Below are positions 51,105-61,471 of a DNA stretch of 64,000 nucleotides, one piece after another. The position numbers were made by a program, and so were the translations under genes. The stretch comes from Candidatus Undinarchaeales archaeon (GTDB lineage: Archaea > SpSt-1190 > JASMDC01). Within the stretch, counting starts at the first letter, position 1. Each line of letters begins with the position of its first letter. The stretch covers positions 32,001-96,000 of the forward strand of contig JASMDC010000005.1 of the NCBI GenBank assembly GCA_030753015.1. The letters run 5' to 3'. The notes below the pieces were generated by a model. The model was not told the DNA's origin. It ran no database searches and was given only the letters and a program-made list of their open reading frames with translations.

Positions 51105-52712
51105 CTACATGCGGAATACGCCGTACTTCGACTCGGGGATCTCGGAGTTCAGCGCGGCGGAGATCGCGAGGCCCAGGACCATCCTTGTGTCCTTGGGATC
51201 GATAATCCCGTCATCCCAAAGCCGCGCGGTCGAATAGTATGCGCTTCCCTCCCGATCGTACTTCTCAAGGATGGGTCTTACTATCTCATCCTTTTCTTTC
51301 TCAGAGAGGGTCTTGCCCTTCCTCTTCATCTGGTCCATCTTTACCGTGAGTAGGACATTGGCGGCCTGTTCACCACCCATGACCGAGATCCTGGCGTTAG
51401 GCCACATCCAGAGCTGCCGAGGTTCGTAAGCCCTCCCGCACATTGCATAGTTGCCTGCACCGAAGGATCCTCCAATGACCACGGTGAACTTCGGGACCTG
51501 GGCATTGGCCACGGCCATGACCATCTTTGCGCCGTCCTTTGCTATTCCCTGACTTTCGTAGTCCTTCCCCACCATGAACCCGGTGATGTTTTGGAAGAAG
51601 ATGATCGGGAGCTTCCTCTGCGCGCAAAGCTGGATGAAGTGCGTACCCTTGACCGCGCTCTCGCAGAACAGGACACCGTTGTTGGCCAGCACCCCCACAG
51701 GGTAACCCATTATCCTAGCGAAACCGCACACCAGGGTCGGTCCGTACAGTTTCTTGAACTCGTGGAACCTGCTGCCGTCCAGTATCCGTGCAAGCACCTC
51801 CCTGACGTCAAAGGGCTTCTTGGGATTCTTCGATAATATCCCGTAGATCTCCTCCGACTCGTACTTGGGCTCCTCGGGAGGTGAAACGTCAAGATGGATC
51901 TTTTCCGGCCTGTTCAGGCTCTCCACTATGTTTCTGGTAAGGTCAAGAGCATGCGCGTCATCGAGCGCGTAATGGTCGCTCACCCCGGATTCCCTGCAGT
52001 GGACGTCCGCGCCACCCAGCTCCTCCGCGTCCACCTCCTCGCCCGTTGCCGCCTTTACGAGTGGTGGGCCTCCCAGGAAGATCGTTCCCGTTCCTTTGAC
52101 TATCACGGTCTCGTCGGACATCGCAGGGACATAAGCACCTCCGGCCGTGCACGATCCCAGGACGACCGAGATCTGTGGTATCCCCATAGCCGACATCCTG
52201 GCCTGGTTGAAGAATATCTTACCGAAATGATCCTTGTCCGGGAACACCTCGTCCTGCATGGGCAGGAACGCGCCCCCGGAGTCCACAAGATAGATGCAGG
52301 GCAAGTTGTTCTCCATGGCCATCGTCTGGGCCCTGATGTGCTTCTTCACGGTCATGGGGAAGTAGGTCCCGCCCTTCACGGTGGGATCGTTCGCTATGAT
52401 CATCACCTCCTTCCCGTGGACGACGCCGATGCCCGTGATTATCCCTGCACAGGGCGCACCATCATCGTACATGCCGGAAGCGGCGAGCGTGCTGAACTCG
52501 AGGAAAGGGGTATTGGGGTCCAGGAGCTGTTCGAGCCTTTCGCGGGGCAGCATCTTTCCGAGCGATCTCTGCCTCTCGATATATCGTTGCCCACCACCTG
52601 ATTTGGCCTTCTTCAGCCGTTCCTTCAGCTCAGATACAAGGCCTGATTGGTACGCCTTGTTCTCCGAGTATTCTTCCAAGCTCGTATCGACCCTGCTCTC
52701 CAATACGTCCAT
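51105..52712 (-). CDS. liuB: 3-methylcrotonyl-CoA carboxylase beta (carboxyltransferase)
   Basis: [53 protein letters not shown]. Confidence 0.9.
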   Translation of the reverse strand: MDVLESRVDTSLEEYSENKAYQSGLVSELKERLKKAKSGGGQRYIERQRSLGKMLPRERLEQLLDPNTPFLEFSTLAASGMYDDGAPCAGIITGIGVVHGKEVMIIANDPTVKGGTYFPMTVKKHIRAQTMAMENNLPCIYLVDSGGAFLPMQDEVFPDKDHFGKIFFNQARMSAMGIPQISVVLGSCTAGGAYVPAMSDETVIVKGTGTIFLGGPPLVKAATGEEVDAEELGGADVHCRESGVSDHYALDDAHALDLTRNIVESLNRPEKIHLDVSPPEEPKYESEEIYGILSKNPKKPFDVREVLARILDGSRFHEFKKLYGPTLVCGFARIMGYPVGVLANNGVLFCESAVKGTHFIQLCAQRKLPIIFFQNITGFMVGKDYESQGIAKDGAKMVMAVANAQVPKFTVVIGGSFGAGNYAMCGRAYEPRQLWMWPNARISVMGGEQAANVLLTVKMDQMKRKGKTLSEKEKDEIVRPILEKYDREGSAYYSTARLWDDGIIDPKDTRMVLGLAISAALNSEIPESKYGVFRM

Positions 52713-52767
52713 TCGGGGTACCCGAGAACTGAAACCCTAATATATCTTTTCCTGACGGCGATGATGC

Positions 52768-53514
52768 TCAGACGAGGTCGACATCGCCCTCGAGCACGCA
52801 CCTATTCCTCCCGTCATCCAGCTCCACCACGAGAGCTCCCCGCCGGTCCATACCGACCGCGATGCCCTCGAACGCCTCTTCCGGTGGCACGGGTCTCACA
52901 CGGACCCTCGAGCCGATGCTCTCCACAAGGGACCTGTGTTCGGACAGGACTGCCGGGAACCCGCCCGAGAACATGTCCGAGCAGAGCGTCCCGAACTGCG
53001 TGAGGATGGAATTGAGCAGGGTATCCAGGTCGACCTCTACACCCCGTTCGTTCTTGATGGATGTGGTCCGCACCCGTATATCCTTTGAGAAACAGGACAC
53101 ATCGATATTGGCGTTCAGGCCTATCCCGATGACGAGGAACATGTCGCCCGATCGCCCCCGGAACATCTCTGATAGGATCCCGCATATTTTCCTACCTTCG
53201 ACCCTCACGTCATTGGGCCATTTGACGCGGGCGTCCATGTCGTAATCGTTCCTCAGCACCCTGGCGACCGAGAGAGCACCGATGATGTTCAGGCTCGGGA
53301 CCATGTCCGGCTCGATGTCCGGTCGGAGGATTATCGAGAACCACAGGCCGCCCTCGGGTGATTCCCACGAACGGTCCAACCGGCCCCTCCCCTTGCTCTG
53401 GGTCCGGGCAACGACAACCAAATCCTCCCCTGCGCCATCAAGGACCAGCTCTCTTGCGACCCTGTTCGTTGACTCCACGTCCTCAAGGTGATGGATCCGG
53501 AACTCTATCGCCAT
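52768..53514 (-). CDS. birA: Biotin-protein ligase (no HTH)
   Basis: STN, Q.KGRGR..R.W.S, KWPND, KICGIL.E, GIGLN. Confidence 0.92.
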   Translation of the reverse strand: MAIEFRIHHLEDVESTNRVARELVLDGAGEDLVVVARTQSKGRGRLDRSWESPEGGLWFSIILRPDIEPDMVPSLNIIGALSVARVLRNDYDMDARVKWPNDVRVEGRKICGILSEMFRGRSGDMFLVIGIGLNANIDVSCFSKDIRVRTTSIKNERGVEVDLDTLLNSILTQFGTLCSDMFSGGFPAVLSEHRSLVESIGSRVRVRPVPPEEAFEGIAVGMDRRGALVVELDDGRNRCVLEGDVDLV

Positions 53515-53580
53515 GTCCGAGCGCTTCCCGGAGTGGCAAGTATAAGAATCTGTATGGTGGGTTGGGGAAATGGCTGGTCC

Positions 53581-54495
53581 ATGATGGCGGATTCAGATGC
53601 GGGAGAAGGTCGGGAAAGGTCTGTCGTGGGGCCCCTTCGGCTAGGGGGTTCCGAGATCTTCCAGGTCAGCGACGGTGCATGCTGGCTGGACGGCGGCGCG
53701 ATGTTCGGAGTTGTGGCAAAGACTCAGTGGAGCAAGTACACATACTCTGACGAGAGGAACCGAATAGAGCTCGGTCTGCATCCCCTCCTTATCAAGGCAA
53801 AGGGCAAGAACATCCTGGTGGACACTGGGATCGGAGGGTGGTCCGGCTCGAAGTACACGAAGAAGTTCGTTGACATTTTCGGGATAAAGCATCCCCCCAC
53901 CCTCATCCAGTCCCTTAGAGAGATCGGCCTCGGACCGGAAGACATCGACATAGTCATCAACACCCACCTGCACTTCGATCATGCGGGGGGCAACGCCTGC
54001 CGGTCCGACGGTGAGCTCGCCCCCACGTTCAAGAACGCAAGGTACTTTGTGCAGAAGAGCGAGCTGGAGGACGCGAAGAGCCCGAGCGAGAGGTCAAGGG
54101 CGTCCTACATCCGGGAGGATTTCGAGGTGCCCGAGAACGCGGGCCAGCTCGAGACGGTGGAGGGGAACGTTGAGATCGTCCCCGGCGTCTCCACCATCCT
54201 GACCCCCGGTCACACCAGGTCCCACCAATCTGTGAAGCTGGAGACCTCCGAAGGTGTCCTCGTATACCTCGGGGACCTGATACCGACAACCGCCCATCTC
54301 AGGGGTTTGGCCTGGATCATGGGCTACGACCTCTTCCCCCTCACAACGCTTGAGACGAAGAGGGACCTCTTAAGGGAGGCACTCGATGGAGACTGGACGC
54401 TTGCGTTCGAGCACGATACCAGCGTTGGTATGGGAAGGGTAAAGATGGATGATAGAGGCAGGTACTCCCTCGATCAGGTCTTCAGCTTTCGATGA
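53581..54495 (+). CDS. MBL-fold hydrolase (YtnP-like)
   Basis: LDGGAMFGVV, THLHFDHAGG, PGHT, W.MGYD..P, FEHD. Confidence 0.85.
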   Translation: MMADSDAGEGRERSVVGPLRLGGSEIFQVSDGACWLDGGAMFGVVAKTQWSKYTYSDERNRIELGLHPLLIKAKGKNILVDTGIGGWSGSKYTKKFVDIFGIKHPPTLIQSLREIGLGPEDIDIVINTHLHFDHAGGNACRSDGELAPTFKNARYFVQKSELEDAKSPSERSRASYIREDFEVPENAGQLETVEGNVEIVPGVSTILTPGHTRSHQSVKLETSEGVLVYLGDLIPTTAHLRGLAWIMGYDLFPLTTLETKRDLLREALDGDWTLAFEHDTSVGMGRVKMDDRGRYSLDQVFSFR

Positions 54496-54517
54496 TCATA
54501 TCGGAGGCTTGGCGCGG

Positions 54518-55708
54518 CTACTCCCTTACTACGGACATAGCGACCGCGTTGCCCCCTCCCAGGCAAAGGGTAGCGAGGCCCAAATCCTTCTCCCTCTGCT
54601 TCATCGCGTAGAGTAAGGTGACCAGGACCCTCGCACCCGAGGCGCCTAACGGGTGGCCGAGGGACACTGCGCCTCCGTTTACATTGACCCTCGACGGATC
54701 GATCCCCATCTCCTCGATCAATCTGATGGACTGGACCGCGAACGCCTCGTTCAGTTCCACAAGATCGTAGTTATCGATCTTCCTACCAGTCTTGGCCATC
54801 AGCTTCTTCACCGCGACCGTGGGAGCCAGCAACACCCACTTCGGGGGCAGCCCTCCGGTCGCATAGCCCTCGACCTTGGCCATCGGTGCGATACCCAGGT
54901 CATTGGCCGTGTCCTTCTCCATTACCAGAACGGCCGCTGCCCCGTCGTTCAGCGTGGATGCATTGCCCGCGGTCACTGTCCCGTCATTCTTGAACACCGG
55001 CTTGAGCCGGGCAAGCCTTTCCAGTGATGAGTCTTCCCTCGGGCCCTCATCCGTGTCGATTATGACCGTTCCTTTCCTTCCCTCGACCTCTACGGGCACG
55101 ATCTCATCCTTGAACCTGCCCTCCTTGATCGCGGCAGCCGCCTTGTGCTGGCTCTCCAGCGCGTACCTGTCCTGCTCCTCACGAGAGATCTTGTATTCCT
55201 CTGCGACTGACTCGCCCGTCATGCCCATGTGCACGTCATTGAACGGGCACCAAAGGCCGTCCTTTATCATGGCGTCCTTGAGCTTGGTGTCACCAAACTT
55301 CTTGCCGGTCCTCAGACCATTTAATAGGTGAGGGGCAAGCGACATGTTCTCCATCCCGCCAGCGATCACGACCTTCGCGTCACCGGCCTTGATCGACTGG
55401 GCCGCGAGCATGACCGCCTTGAGGCCCGATCCGCACACCTTGTTCACCGTGAATGCTCCGACCTCATTGGGGATCCCGCCGTGTATCGCTGCCTGCCTTG
55501 CTGGGTTCTGACCCAGTCCGGCAGTGATGACATTGCCGAATATGACCTCATCGACCAGCCCCGGTTCGATATCCGAGCGGTTCACAAGCTCCTTTATTGT
55601 CAGAGCTCCCAGCTTGGTGGCCGGTACCGTCGACAGGCCGCCCATGAACCTCCCGATAGGTGTTCTGACGGCACTGACTATCACTGCTTCTCCTGATCCC
55701 ATCTTCAT
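54518..55708 (-). CDS. Acetyl-CoA C-acetyltransferase (bacterial-type thiolase)
   Basis: [20 protein letters not shown] and CLGGG all intact. Confidence 0.93.
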   Translation of the reverse strand: MKMGSGEAVIVSAVRTPIGRFMGGLSTVPATKLGALTIKELVNRSDIEPGLVDEVIFGNVITAGLGQNPARQAAIHGGIPNEVGAFTVNKVCGSGLKAVMLAAQSIKAGDAKVVIAGGMENMSLAPHLLNGLRTGKKFGDTKLKDAMIKDGLWCPFNDVHMGMTGESVAEEYKISREEQDRYALESQHKAAAAIKEGRFKDEIVPVEVEGRKGTVIIDTDEGPREDSSLERLARLKPVFKNDGTVTAGNASTLNDGAAAVLVMEKDTANDLGIAPMAKVEGYATGGLPPKWVLLAPTVAVKKLMAKTGRKIDNYDLVELNEAFAVQSIRLIEEMGIDPSRVNVNGGAVSLGHPLGASGARVLVTLLYAMKQREKDLGLATLCLGGGNAVAMSVVRE

Positions 55709-56496
55709 CACTTGAAGTCCGGTTTCTTCTTCTCGAGGAACGCGCCCATCCCCTCGGCCGGCTCCCCGCTGGAGAAGCAGATACCGAAGGACTGGGTCTC
55801 AAGGATCATGGCCGAATCAAGGTCCATATTAAGGCCCCGGTTCATAAGGAGCTTTGCGGTCGTGACGGCGAATCTACCGGCGTTCGCGATCTCCTTGGCA
55901 ACATCCCGTGCCTCCTTCATGAGGACGTCCGGGCCCACGACCTTGTTGACAAGACCGATCCTCTCCGCCTCGTCCGCCGTGATGGTCCTTCCCGTGAGAA
56001 TGAGCTCCTTTGCCTTGGCAGGTCCGATCAGCCGGGGGAGGCGCTGGGTCCCGCCGAATCCCGGTATCACACCGAGCTTCACCTCTGGCTGCCCGAGTAT
56101 CGCGTTCTTGGAGGCGAGCCGGATGTCCATACTCATGGCGAGCTCACATCCACCCCCCAGAGCGAAACCGTTTATGGCCGCGATCGTTGGCTTGGACAAG
56201 TTCTCTATCTTGGAGAGGACCGCATGGCCCAGCTTGGAGTAGCTGATGGCGGCCAGTGGGTCCATGTCCCGCATCTCGGAGATATCCGCACCAGCGACGA
56301 ATGATTTGTCGCCCTTACCAGTCAGTATGCACACTCGGACCCCGTCATCCCTCTCCAGTCGGTCAAAGACATCTTCCAGCTCCTTGAGCACTTCCGTGTT
56401 CAGGGCGTTCAAGGCCTTGGGCCTGTTGATGAGAATGGTCGCGATCCGTTCCTCTACATCCACCAAGATGTTCTTATACTCGTAATCTCCCAGCAT
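55708..56496 (-). CDS. crt: Enoyl-CoA hydratase (crotonase)
   Basis: [38 protein letters not shown]. Confidence 0.9.
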   Translation of the reverse strand: MLGDYEYKNILVDVEERIATILINRPKALNALNTEVLKELEDVFDRLERDDGVRVCILTGKGDKSFVAGADISEMRDMDPLAAISYSKLGHAVLSKIENLSKPTIAAINGFALGGGCELAMSMDIRLASKNAILGQPEVKLGVIPGFGGTQRLPRLIGPAKAKELILTGRTITADEAERIGLVNKVVGPDVLMKEARDVAKEIANAGRFAVTTAKLLMNRGLNMDLDSAMILETQSFGICFSSGEPAEGMGAFLEKKKPDFK

Positions 56497-56681
56497 ACCG
56501 ATTGCCTCCACGACGACTATCCCGCACCCCTAAGACTATACATTTAAATTCATCTATGCCCTTTTGGCCACTTCCTGCTCGAACACATGACAGAGGACTT
56601 CCCGGAACGGGAGACCTCAAGATCGGGATTGCTGAATCCTCCCGATTGCAAGCAGGAACAGGGAACCGGGGGTAGTACCAA

Positions 56682-57959
56682 ATGAAGAAAGGGAAGAGAA
56701 CCGCACCCAGGGATGTCTACATGGTATCCGGGGGGGTCACGAAGTTCGCGAAGGCCCACCCAGAGATGAACTTCCAGTTGATGGTGAAGCGAGCCTTCGA
56801 CTATGCGATGAAGGATGTCCCCGACCTCACTATGGACATGATCGACGGCTCGGTCGCCTCGTACTTCTCGGACCACTTCACAAGGCAGCTGATGGCCGGG
56901 AGCATGGTGAACGACTTCCTCGGACTCTGCCCGAAGCCCAGCAAGAGGACCGAGGGAGGTGGTGCGACCGGCGGTCTTTGTCTGCAATCAGGCTATGAGG
57001 CAGTTGCATCGGGCAGGATGGACGTGTGCGTTTCCTTCGGTTTCGAGACCATGTCCCGGGTCAACACGTGGAAGGGCAACGAGTTCATCGCCCTGGCGTC
57101 CGACACGAACTTCGACTATCCTGTCGGAGGCTTCTACACAGGCTACTACGCCATGATGGTGGTCCGGCACATGCACGAGTTCGGGACCACCCCGGAGCAG
57201 ATGGCCCTGGTATCGGTGAAGAACCACGGTAATGCGCTCTACAATCCCTATGCTCAAAGCCCCATGAAGCTCACGGTCGAGGATGTGCGTTCCAGCCCGA
57301 TGGTCGCTTATCCGCTGACCAGGCTGGACTGCTGCGCCATGTCGGATGGTGCCGCGGCCTGCATCCTCGCGTCGGAGGACGTCGCCTTCGAGCTGACCGA
57401 CAACCCCGTGAAGATAAGCGGCGTCGGGACGGGTACCGACGCCATGAGGATGGCAGACCGTCCCCACAAGGACGTCATTCTGCTGCCGTGGGAGAACAAG
57501 TTGGACTATAAGGGCCTGAAGTATCCGGGCGTGCACTCGTTCAGGGCGGGCAGGGCCGCTGCTAAGATGGCCTACGAGCATGCGGGCATCACGGACCCCA
57601 TCAAGGAGATCGATCTCATCGAGCTCCACGACGCTTACACATCATCGGAGATCCAGACCTACGAGGACCTTGGCCTGTGCAAGTACGGGGAGGGTGGACA
57701 GTTCATAGAGGAGGGCCAACCCGAGCTGAACGGTAAGATCCCTGTCAATCCCTCCGGCGGTCTCTTGGCATGCGGTCACCCTGTTGGGGCCACGGGCCTG
57801 ATGCAGGCGGCGTTCGCGTTCTGGCAGGTCCAGGGGACGATCAAGAAACACATGGGAAGCGACAGGCTTCAGATCCCCAATGCCAAGAGGGCCCTGATAC
57901 ACTCCCATGCGGGGACAGGCACATACGTTGCCGTGAGCATAATGGAGAGGGGGCGTTAG
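56682..57959 (+). CDS. Archaeal/SCP2-type thiolase-fold protein lacking the nucleophilic Cys
   Basis: RTEGGGATGG at the position of EAACASG; ELHDAY, GHPVGATG; no C-terminal CxG. Confidence 0.8.
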   Translation: MKKGKRTAPRDVYMVSGGVTKFAKAHPEMNFQLMVKRAFDYAMKDVPDLTMDMIDGSVASYFSDHFTRQLMAGSMVNDFLGLCPKPSKRTEGGGATGGLCLQSGYEAVASGRMDVCVSFGFETMSRVNTWKGNEFIALASDTNFDYPVGGFYTGYYAMMVVRHMHEFGTTPEQMALVSVKNHGNALYNPYAQSPMKLTVEDVRSSPMVAYPLTRLDCCAMSDGAAACILASEDVAFELTDNPVKISGVGTGTDAMRMADRPHKDVILLPWENKLDYKGLKYPGVHSFRAGRAAAKMAYEHAGITDPIKEIDLIELHDAYTSSEIQTYEDLGLCKYGEGGQFIEEGQPELNGKIPVNPSGGLLACGHPVGATGLMQAAFAFWQVQGTIKKHMGSDRLQIPNAKRALIHSHAGTGTYVAVSIMERGR

Positions 57960-57960
57960 G

Positions 57961-58461
57961 ATGGCGAAGAGAAAGGAAAGGATCAAACTCCCCGAGACAG
58001 AGGAGGGCACCGTGCTCTTCAACGTGGACCCGATCATAATCAAGCACCATTATGAGGTCGACTACATACACTCCTATGCCCAGGACTCTCCATTCTTTTC
58101 GGGCCTCGCGAAGAAGAAGCTCATGGGGACCAGGTGCACGAAGTGCGGCTACACCTATGCGACCCCCAAGGTCAGCTGCATGATGTGCGGCGCCGAGGCA
58201 GAGTGGATCGAGCTTCCGCTCGTGGGCAGGGTACATACCTGGACGACATGCTACTTCGGGGGCCAGGAGTTCCTGAAGGAGACGCCGTTCAACCTTGCGC
58301 TTATCGAGTTCGATGGGGCCGACACCCTGTTCATGAGCAGAGTGATCGGTGTCAAGGAGGAGGACATGAGGGTCGGGATGAAGGTGAAAGCCCAGTTCCT
58401 GCGGAACCTGAAGTTCAAGCCCACGGACGTGTATTTCGTACCGTTCAAGGGAGATGAATAG
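57961..58461 (+). CDS. DUF35 Zn-ribbon/OB-fold protein
   Basis: CTKCG..ATPK..CMMCG followed by an OB fold; 1 nt after the thiolase-like gene. Confidence 0.88.
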   Translation: MAKRKERIKLPETEEGTVLFNVDPIIIKHHYEVDYIHSYAQDSPFFSGLAKKKLMGTRCTKCGYTYATPKVSCMMCGAEAEWIELPLVGRVHTWTTCYFGGQEFLKETPFNLALIEFDGADTLFMSRVIGVKEEDMRVGMKVKAQFLRNLKFKPTDVYFVPFKGDE

Positions 58462-58478
58462 AGAGGACAGGTGATCGA

Positions 58479-59654
58479 ATGGCGTTGTACACAGAAGACC
58501 AGAAGAGGATACTCAAGACATTATATCCTAATGATTTCGAGGACTATGACATCATCCTGCGGACCCTGGACAAGGTAATCGAAAAGGAGGTGCTCCCACG
58601 GGCCGAGGAGGTCGACGGCGAGAAGATATTCCCGAAGGAGGGCATGGATACGCTCTTCGAAGAGGGGCTCGTGTCCATGTCCTTCCCTCCTGAGTATGGA
58701 GGCCTCGGTCTCCCTTACCCGGTGTATATCGCCTGCATGGAACTGGTCTCAAAAGCATGCGCGTCCACGTCGATATCCTTGGCCATACACAGCACCGTCT
58801 GCGAGGGGCTGCGTCTCTTCGCAAGCGAAGAACTGAAGAAGACGTGGTTGCTGGAAAAGGGTCTCCTCGAGGGAAGGTCCCTTGCTGCCTTCGCCCTGAC
58901 CGAACCCGGGTGCGGGTCGGACGCCGGGGCCATCCGTACCAAGGCAAGGCTCGAAGGCGATGAATACGTGATCGATGGTACGAAGACCTTCATTACCAAC
59001 GCCGGAGTGGCTGACGTCTATTTCGTGTTCGCACTGACGGACAACGGCCCGACCGCCTTCCTGGTCGAGGCGGACCGACCCGGGCTCTCCATCGGCAAGG
59101 ATATCCCTAAGGTGGGCGTCAAGGGTACGAAGACCGGTGAGGTGATATTCGAGGACTGCAGGATACCTAGCTCCAACCTCGTCGGTACCGAGGGGAAAGG
59201 ATTCAAACATGCAAAGGAAATGCTCAACAGGGGCCGGCTCACGATCGGTGTCCTCTCGGTCGGTATCGCCCAAGCAGCCCTGGAGAAGGCGCTTCGGTAC
59301 AGCAAGGAAAGGAAGGCGTTCGGTACACCGATCTCCTCCTTCCAGCTCACGCAGGAGAAGTTCGCCAACATGGTCACCGAGATAAACGCGGCACGGCTCC
59401 TGACCTACTATGCGGCCAGCCTCAAGGAACAGGGCGTGCCCTTTGCCTCCGAGGCCGCGCAGGCCAAGCTCTTCGCATCGGAAGCGTCAGTGAGGGCGTG
59501 CGATAACACCATACAGGTACTTGGCGGGTACGGATACGCCGATGAATACGATGTCCACAGACATTGGCGGGATGCCAAGCTCATGACCATCGGCGAGGGT
59601 TCCTCGGAGATATTGCGTCTATTGATCGCCCACATGGCGTTAAAGGCAGTGTGA
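58479..59654 (+). CDS. Acyl-CoA dehydrogenase
   Basis: FALTEPGCGSD, GTKTFITN, R.AFG, LGGYGY, RDAKLMTIGEGS. Confidence 0.92.
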   Translation: MALYTEDQKRILKTLYPNDFEDYDIILRTLDKVIEKEVLPRAEEVDGEKIFPKEGMDTLFEEGLVSMSFPPEYGGLGLPYPVYIACMELVSKACASTSISLAIHSTVCEGLRLFASEELKKTWLLEKGLLEGRSLAAFALTEPGCGSDAGAIRTKARLEGDEYVIDGTKTFITNAGVADVYFVFALTDNGPTAFLVEADRPGLSIGKDIPKVGVKGTKTGEVIFEDCRIPSSNLVGTEGKGFKHAKEMLNRGRLTIGVLSVGIAQAALEKALRYSKERKAFGTPISSFQLTQEKFANMVTEINAARLLTYYAASLKEQGVPFASEAAQAKLFASEASVRACDNTIQVLGGYGYADEYDVHRHWRDAKLMTIGEGSSEILRLLIAHMALKAV

Positions 59655-59679
59655 TCGCTGAAAGAGGAGGTATGTTACG

Positions 59680-60426
59680 ATGAAGATCATTGTATGCGTA
59701 AAGATGGTTCCCGACACCACAACTAAGATAGTGGTGGCCGGAAACGGCAAGGACATAGACCGGTCGGGTGTTGAGTACGTCCTCAACCCCTATGACGAGT
59801 ACGCCGTCGAGGAGGCGTTGAGCATCAAGGAGAGGTTCTCGGGGAGCGAGGTCGTAATACTGTCACTGGGTCCGAGCGAAAGCACTAAGACCATCCGGAC
59901 CGCCCTTGCCATGGGCGCTGACAGGGGTGTGCTGCTGAAGGCAGAGAGCACGGACCCGTTCGTTGTCGCAAAGGCCCTGGCCGACGAGATATCATCCATG
60001 GACCCCGGCCTCGTCCTCCTGGGCAAGCAGGCCGTGGACGACGACGCCAACCAGGTGGGAGGGCTCGTAGCTGAGTTCCTCGGGCTCCCCTTCGTGTCGT
60101 CCATCATCAAGCTCGAGATCAGCGAGGACCGTGCCGTCGCCCAGAGGGAGAGGGAGGGCGGCTATGACGTAGTGGAGGTCCCGCTACCCTGCGTTCTATC
60201 GGCCCAGAGGGGGCTGAACGAGCCCCGATACACGACAATGAAGGGGATCATGATGTCAAAGCGAAAGCCCATCGAGGAGAAGGAACCGATCCTCTCCGAA
60301 TCCCTGCTCGAGGTGACCTCCCTCCACCTGCCGCCGCCCCGATCCGGGGGCAAGATCGTGGGCGAGGGAAAGGAGGCCGTCCCCGAGCTCGTGAGGCTCT
60401 TGAAGGAGGAGGCAAAGATACTCTGA
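59680..60426 (+). CDS. etfB: Electron transfer flavoprotein beta subunit
   Basis: CVK.VPD, NPYDEYAVEEAL, ALAMGAD, GKQA.D.D..QVG, NEPRY. Confidence 0.93.
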   Translation: MKIIVCVKMVPDTTTKIVVAGNGKDIDRSGVEYVLNPYDEYAVEEALSIKERFSGSEVVILSLGPSESTKTIRTALAMGADRGVLLKAESTDPFVVAKALADEISSMDPGLVLLGKQAVDDDANQVGGLVAEFLGLPFVSSIIKLEISEDRAVAQREREGGYDVVEVPLPCVLSAQRGLNEPRYTTMKGIMMSKRKPIEEKEPILSESLLEVTSLHLPPPRSGGKIVGEGKEAVPELVRLLKEEAKIL

Positions 60427-60436
60427 GGTGATAGAT

Positions 60437-61417
60437 ATGGCGTTCGATATCATCGTTTATGCAGAAAATAAGAAAGATGGCTTCAAGAGGTCCGTGCTGG
60501 AGGCCGTCAGTGAGGGCAGGAGGCTGGCCGACACGTTGGGCTCCGAGCTCTGCGCAGTTGTCATAGGATCCGATGTCGGGGCCCTGGCCCCGGCCCTGGG
60601 TGAGTTCGGGGCGGACCTGGTGCTCGTCGCGGAGGACGAGGGACTGGGAACCTTCTCCCCTGACGGATACTGCGACATACTGGAGCGGGCCATCACTCAA
60701 AAATCATCCTCCATCGTTCTCCTCGATGCCTCGATCCGTGGCAAGGAGCTCGCCGCCAAGCTCTCCGCGCGTCTGAGCGCGGGACTAGCCACGGAGTGCG
60801 TGAATATCGAGATCAAGGATGGGACGCAGGTCGTGGCCACACGACCCCTGTACGCCGGCAAGGCCCTTGTGGATGTGGCCTTCAACTCTCCGATCCGGAT
60901 CATGACCCTGAGGCCGAAGGCGTTTGTGGCCTCCGAGGCCCCCCGGGAGGCTGCCATCGAGAGGATGGAACACGCTCCCGATGAGGGCAGGACAGGGCCT
61001 GTGATCAAAGAGACCATCGATGTCGGTGGGGGTAAGATCGACCTACGTGAGGCGGACATCATCGTCTCGGGCGGGAGAGGTATGAAGAACGGCGAGAACT
61101 TCGCCATCCTCGAGGAGTTCGCTGACCTGCTCGGGGGGGTCGTGGGAGCATCAAGGTCCGCCGTCGATGCGGGATGGAGACCGCACTCCGACCAGGTCGG
61201 GCAAACGGGCAAGGTCGTCTCGCCCAGCCTCTATGTCGCCTGCGGCATATCCGGCCAGATCCAGCACCTTGTGGGGATGAACACGTCCAAGAACATCGTT
61301 GCTATCAACAAGGACCCCGATGCCCCTATATTCGCCGTTGCCGATTACGGGATCGTCGGTGACCTCTTCGATGTCGTTCCCGCCCTTACGGAGGAAGCAC
61401 GAAGGCTCAGGTCGTAG
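60437..61417 (+). CDS. etfA: Electron transfer flavoprotein alpha subunit
   Basis: VSGGRG, GASR.AVDAGW, QVGQTGK, GISG.IQH..GM, AINKD..APIF. Confidence 0.93.
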   Translation: MAFDIIVYAENKKDGFKRSVLEAVSEGRRLADTLGSELCAVVIGSDVGALAPALGEFGADLVLVAEDEGLGTFSPDGYCDILERAITQKSSSIVLLDASIRGKELAAKLSARLSAGLATECVNIEIKDGTQVVATRPLYAGKALVDVAFNSPIRIMTLRPKAFVASEAPREAAIERMEHAPDEGRTGPVIKETIDVGGGKIDLREADIIVSGGRGMKNGENFAILEEFADLLGGVVGASRSAVDAGWRPHSDQVGQTGKVVSPSLYVACGISGQIQHLVGMNTSKNIVAINKDPDAPIFAVADYGIVGDLFDVVPALTEEARRLRS

Positions 61418-61471
61418 CGGGCACGGAAGCTTTAGGGGCTCGATCCCCGGACCACATGGTCCCTGTAAGGA

